The notes under the pieces: model-generated
The model's input: only the letters and a program-made list of their open reading frames with translations
Database searches by the model: none
Told to the model about the DNA's origin: nothing
NCBI GenBank assembly: GCA_963718665.1
Contig: OY970359.1
Location: 1,504,001 to 1,568,000, forward strand
Direction of reading: 5' to 3'
DNA: 64,000 nt
From: an uncultured Phycisphaerales bacterium
GTDB taxonomy: Bacteria > Planctomycetota > Phycisphaerae > Sedimentisphaerales > Anaerobacaceae
In this document: piece by piece, positions 60,181 to 64,000 of the stretch
Layout: every line of letters starts with the position of its first letter
Position numbering within the stretch: position 1 is the first letter of the stretch
Translations under genes and position numbers: made by a program

Positions 60181-60341
60181 CCTTTTCCTCATCCGTATTT
60201 AGCCCCGTCAGCATCGCCGGAGGCGTGTGACGGGGTTCCCCTCGCGAGGTTCGCTTAAAATGTTTATCCCGCCAAATCACTTGACCAAACCCGTTTTTAC
60301 CGTATTATCTATCTCGTTCTAAACATGGAGAGCTATTGACT

Positions 60342-62024
60342 ATGCCGAATGGTTACTCAGAACTGTCAAAAAATGACCTTCTGAAGGTTATACAAAAACT
60401 TGAATCCCGCAAGAAATACGGTCTTGTCTGGGATGAGGATCGAACGAAGGAGCAGTTCGAAAAAGAATCCGAAAATGCTTTGCCCGTACTGAAGGAAGTC
60501 AAAGGCAAAGAAATCATCACTGAACCGGATAAACCAATCAATATTCTTATCGAAGGTGATAACTACCATGCCCTTTCAGTGCTGAATTATACTCACCAAG
60601 GCAAGATAGATGTTATCTACATTGACCCGCCGTACAACACAGGGGCGAAGGACTGGAAATACAGTAATGATTATGTGGATATAAATGACACCTATAGACA
60701 TAGCAAATGGCTTTCTATGATGTCAAAAAGATTAAGGTTGGCAAAGAATTTGTTAAAAGATGACGGGGTATTGATTTGTGCGATAGACGAAAACGAACTC
60801 AACCGTATAGGTTTATTACTTGAGGATCTTTTCGGAAACTGTGAAATTCATTGTATTACGATAGTTCACAATCCAAGGGGTGTGCAGGGAAACAATTTTT
60901 CATACACACACGAATACGCATACTTTGTATTTCAAAAAGGATTGAAAATAGTTGGTCCAAGAAAAATCAAAGAGGACGACATCTATTGGAGTAATTTAAG
61001 AAACTGGGGTGGCGAATCTTTAAGAACCGATGCGAAAAATTGCTTTTATCCAATTATAGTTGAAAAGGACAACATTGTTGGCTTTGGTGATGTGCCCGAA
61101 GATGACTTTCATCCGGAAAAACAAACCATCGTAAAAGGAAGTAAACATTATGTTTACCCCATCGATGTAAAAGGAACTGAGCGAAAATGGAGATACGCAA
61201 GACAAAGCGTTGAAGAGGTTAAAGAGTATCTGAGGACGCAAAAAAGGAATGGTGGGTACGAAATTGAGATAGGTAAGGATTTCGGCACAGTTAAAACTGT
61301 TTGGCAAGATAGAAGGTATGATGCAAACGAGTACGGAACCAAAATCGTCCGTGCGCTTGTTCCGGAAACCGATTTCGACTTTCCTAAATCCATTTGGAAT
61401 ACGTATGATTGTATAGCTCCTATTTTATATCAAAAAAAGAATGCGACAATTCTAGATTTTTTTGCAGGTTCCGGTACGACCGCTCATGCTGTAATGATTC
61501 TTAACAAGGAAGACGGACAAGAAGGACACCGAAAATTTATCCTTTGTACGAACAACGAAAACGAGATTGCGCAAAAAGTTTGTCATCCCAGAATTAAAAA
61601 GGTTATTCAAGGGCATAAGGATTACCCTGACATTACAGGAATTAAATCTAATCTGAAATACTACAAGACTTCTTTCGTAAAGCGAACTATCAGCAAAGAT
61701 ACTTTGAAGATTCGCATTACCCATGAATGTACCGAAATGCTTTGTCTTCGCGAGGGCATCTTTGACGAAAAGAAGAAGACGGCTGACTATCGCATATTTG
61801 ACCAAAATAGCCGAATCATGGCCGTTTATTATTCGCTTCAACGCGCACAACTTAAGGTTCTCAAGAAGGACCTCGACAAAATGAAGGGTGATAAAATCCT
61901 CTACTGTTTCACCCTTGATCCGCTGGGTCTGGATAAAACCGACTTTCAGGACTGGCAGGGTGTATCTTTAGAACCCATCCCACAGAAAATACTCGATGTG
62001 TACGAGAGCATCTATGAATATTAA
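60342..62024 (+). CDS. mod: Type III restriction-modification methyltransferase
   Basis: KYGLVW, LIEGDN, IYIDPPYNTG, FPK, LDFFAGSGTT (beta-class N6/N4 MTase); visibly AT-rich. Confidence 0.92.
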   Translation: MPNGYSELSKNDLLKVIQKLESRKKYGLVWDEDRTKEQFEKESENALPVLKEVKGKEIITEPDKPINILIEGDNYHALSVLNYTHQGKIDVIYIDPPYNTGAKDWKYSNDYVDINDTYRHSKWLSMMSKRLRLAKNLLKDDGVLICAIDENELNRIGLLLEDLFGNCEIHCITIVHNPRGVQGNNFSYTHEYAYFVFQKGLKIVGPRKIKEDDIYWSNLRNWGGESLRTDAKNCFYPIIVEKDNIVGFGDVPEDDFHPEKQTIVKGSKHYVYPIDVKGTERKWRYARQSVEEVKEYLRTQKRNGGYEIEIGKDFGTVKTVWQDRRYDANEYGTKIVRALVPETDFDFPKSIWNTYDCIAPILYQKKNATILDFFAGSGTTAHAVMILNKEDGQEGHRKFILCTNNENEIAQKVCHPRIKKVIQGHKDYPDITGIKSNLKYYKTSFVKRTISKDTLKIRITHECTEMLCLREGIFDEKKKTADYRIFDQNSRIMAVYYSLQRAQLKVLKKDLDKMKGDKILYCFTLDPLGLDKTDFQDWQGVSLEPIPQKILDVYESIYEY

Positions 62025-64000
62025 CTTAAAAGATTATCAGCAAACAGCCGTTGACCAATTAGTCGATGCCGTAAAGGCGCTTTTGAGTAAGGATGGGACG
62101 CAGAAGGTGTGCGTCTTTCAGGCGCCTACGGGAAGTGGGAAAACCTTGATGACTGCGAAGTTTATCGAGGAAATCATAAAAGAATTGCCAGATGAAGACC
62201 TCTGCTTTGTTTGGGTTACTATAGGAAAAGGCAACCTGCATTTGCAAAGTAAGCACGCCCTCGAAAAAATATATACCGGTGCCCCGAGAGTATCACTGGT
62301 CGAGCAAGAATTCACAGGTGGTCGCGAGCGTATCGTCAGAAACGAAATCGTCGTTGTTAATTGGGAAAAACTGCGTACCAAAGACCGGGCATCAGGCGAT
62401 TGGAAGAATATCCTGATGAAAGATGGCGAAAAGATAAACTTCAGAGATGTTCTGACAAGAACACGTGAACAGAGAAAGGTCATTCTTATTATCGATGAAA
62501 GTCATATCGGAGCAACTGCTGAAAGGACAAATGAACTCCGAGACGAAATTGATGCCGATGTTATTTTAGAAATGAGCGCAACTCCAAAGATAGAGCCGAA
62601 CTTGATGGATTTTACAAGAGGCACGGCGAAGGGCGTTCTTGTTGAGCCAAAGGCTGTTATCGATGCTGGTATTATAAAGAAAGAACTAATCATCAATGAA
62701 AAGATTGACAAGATAGCCAAAGGTGAAAGCGATTCGCAGGAAGTTGTCTTGGAGTCGGCATACCAGAAACGCTTGGAGCTTAAGAAGCTTTTTGGAAAAC
62801 AAGTCTCAAATATCAATCCGCTTGTCCTTATTCAGATTCCCACCGCAGAAGCCGGGAAAGACAAAATTGAGGCCGTTAAGGCATTTCTGGCCCGTAAAAA
62901 CATCACCGAACAGAACAGAAAACTCGCTATTTGGCTTGCAGAACAAAAGTCAGAAACGCTCGACTGGATCGCAGAACCAGACAACGAGATTGAGTTTCTG
63001 ATTTTCAAACAGGCAATCGATACCGGCTGGGATTGTCCTCGTGCGCATATACTCGTTAAGTTCAGAGAGTCGCATAGCGAAACCTTTGAGATACAGACCG
63101 TTGGCAGAATATTGCGAATGCCGGAGTTGAAACATTATCCAGAAGAAGCATTGAATACCGGATATATCTATACAAACGTTCAAAGCATCATTGTCAAAAA
63201 AGAAGAATACAACCCGAACATAATTAAGCATCTTCGAGCTGCTCGCAAGGAATGTTATCGAGACATCAAACTGCCCTCATATTACAGGTCAAGAGTTGAT
63301 TACGGCGACATTACGTCGAGCTTCGACCCTGTCTTTGAACAAATCGCCTGCGACTACTTCGGCGTAACAAATACAGAGTTCTTTGAACAGAACAAAAAAG
63401 TAATCGAGAAAAAAGGTGTTGTTCTTGACCTTAAGAAATACCAACAGGAGATTATCCAGGATGCAAAGGTTGAAGCCGAATCTTTCGACGAATTAGAAGG
63501 CCTAATCGATTCCGAACAAAAAGCCCGCCTTACTATCGCCGGAAATGACCTCCAAGCATTGTTTGAACAAGTCATCAAAAACAATCTTGGTTCTTTCAGG
63601 AATATCAAACGGTCTGTGCCAAAGGTAAAAACTACCATTTACGTCTGGTTTCAAAAATATCTCGGCTCAAAGGACTGGCCCGAAGAAACAATGATGGTTC
63701 AAAAAATCTTCGTCCACAACGGTAATAGACCTGTCTTTGAGCGCATTTTGTCTAAAGCTATCGAGGAATATAGACCTCTCCGCGAAAAAGAAATCGAAAA
63801 GCGCAGCGAAGCGAGCGAGCAGTTCTATGATTTCGATATACCCACAGAAGCTTTCTATAATCAGCATACCGATGAATTAGTCCGGGTGAAGAAATATGTC
63901 TATGATCCTTGTTATTTAAGCATTGCCCGTACCAGTCCTGAGGTTGCTTTTGAGCAGTTTTTGGAAGACAAGACGAACAGCAAAAACATAATGTGGTGGT
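62014..64000 (+). CDS. res: Type III restriction endonuclease Res subunit (SF2 helicase), runs off the right edge
   Basis: Manual translation from ATG 62014: LKDYQ, QAPTGSGKT, IIDESH, MSATP, GWDCPRA, QTVGRILR; overlaps the mod stop. Confidence 0.92.
   Translation, partial: MNINLKDYQQTAVDQLVDAVKALLSKDGTQKVCVFQAPTGSGKTLMTAKFIEEIIKELPDEDLCFVWVTIGKGNLHLQSKHALEKIYTGAPRVSLVEQEFTGGRERIVRNEIVVVNWEKLRTKDRASGDWKNILMKDGEKINFRDVLTRTREQRKVILIIDESHIGATAERTNELRDEIDADVILEMSATPKIEPNLMDFTRGTAKGVLVEPKAVIDAGIIKKELIINEKIDKIAKGESDSQEVVLESAYQKRLELKKLFGKQVSNINPLVLIQIPTAEAGKDKIEAVKAFLARKNITEQNRKLAIWLAEQKSETLDWIAEPDNEIEFLIFKQAIDTGWDCPRAHILVKFRESHSETFEIQTVGRILRMPELKHYPEEALNTGYIYTNVQSIIVKKEEYNPNIIKHLRAARKECYRDIKLPSYYRSRVDYGDITSSFDPVFEQIACDYFGVTNTEFFEQNKKVIEKKGVVLDLKKYQQEIIQDAKVEAESFDELEGLIDSEQKARLTIAGNDLQALFEQVIKNNLGSFRNIKRSVPKVKTTIYVWFQKYLGSKDWPEETMMVQKIFVHNGNRPVFERILSKAIEEYRPLREKEIEKRSEASEQFYDFDIPTEAFYNQHTDELVRVKKYVYDPCYLSIARTSPEVAFEQFLEDKTNSKNIMWW

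Overview
64 kb of a Gram-negative bacterial chromosome, most likely Planctomycetota class Phycisphaerae (Sedimentisphaerales-like). This is inferred from the DUF1559/H-X9-DG-type prepilin proteins, the secreted proteins with dockerin-like C-termini, and the presence of lpxB and addAB. The backbone is housekeeping: an RND/MFP/TolC efflux operon, aspS, mprF, tRNA-Leu(CAG), UDPGP family, galM, queA, lpxB, dapB, murA, arfB, addB/addA, and a type III restriction-modification pair at the right edge. The unusual signal is mostly non-coding. (1) Two diverged HNH-AP2 endonuclease genes 44 kb apart each sit behind the same ~300-380 bp leader, which has a 31-bp identical core, three 25-bp TAA-N19-TTA dyads and a covarying UUGU-loop hairpin. 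This looks like an undescribed transposase-less mobile element or a nuclease plus ncRNA module. (2) A GxxExxY nuclease gene is flanked by 35-bp identical, hairpin-forming direct repeats, like a cassette. (3) Nested CCTG-led REP-like palindromes and heptamer repeats have inserted in frame into a prepilin leader and into AddA/AddB. (4) Two secreted proteins share a 5' start, a C-terminal module and a downstream hairpin but differ in the middle. (5) There is a candidate anti-SD sRNA and a long structured 5' UTR. (6) Three frameshifts (MFP, murA, HNH copy 2) all fall at the same 8-mer, TGCGCGGG. All calls come from reading the sequence by eye; no database searches were run.
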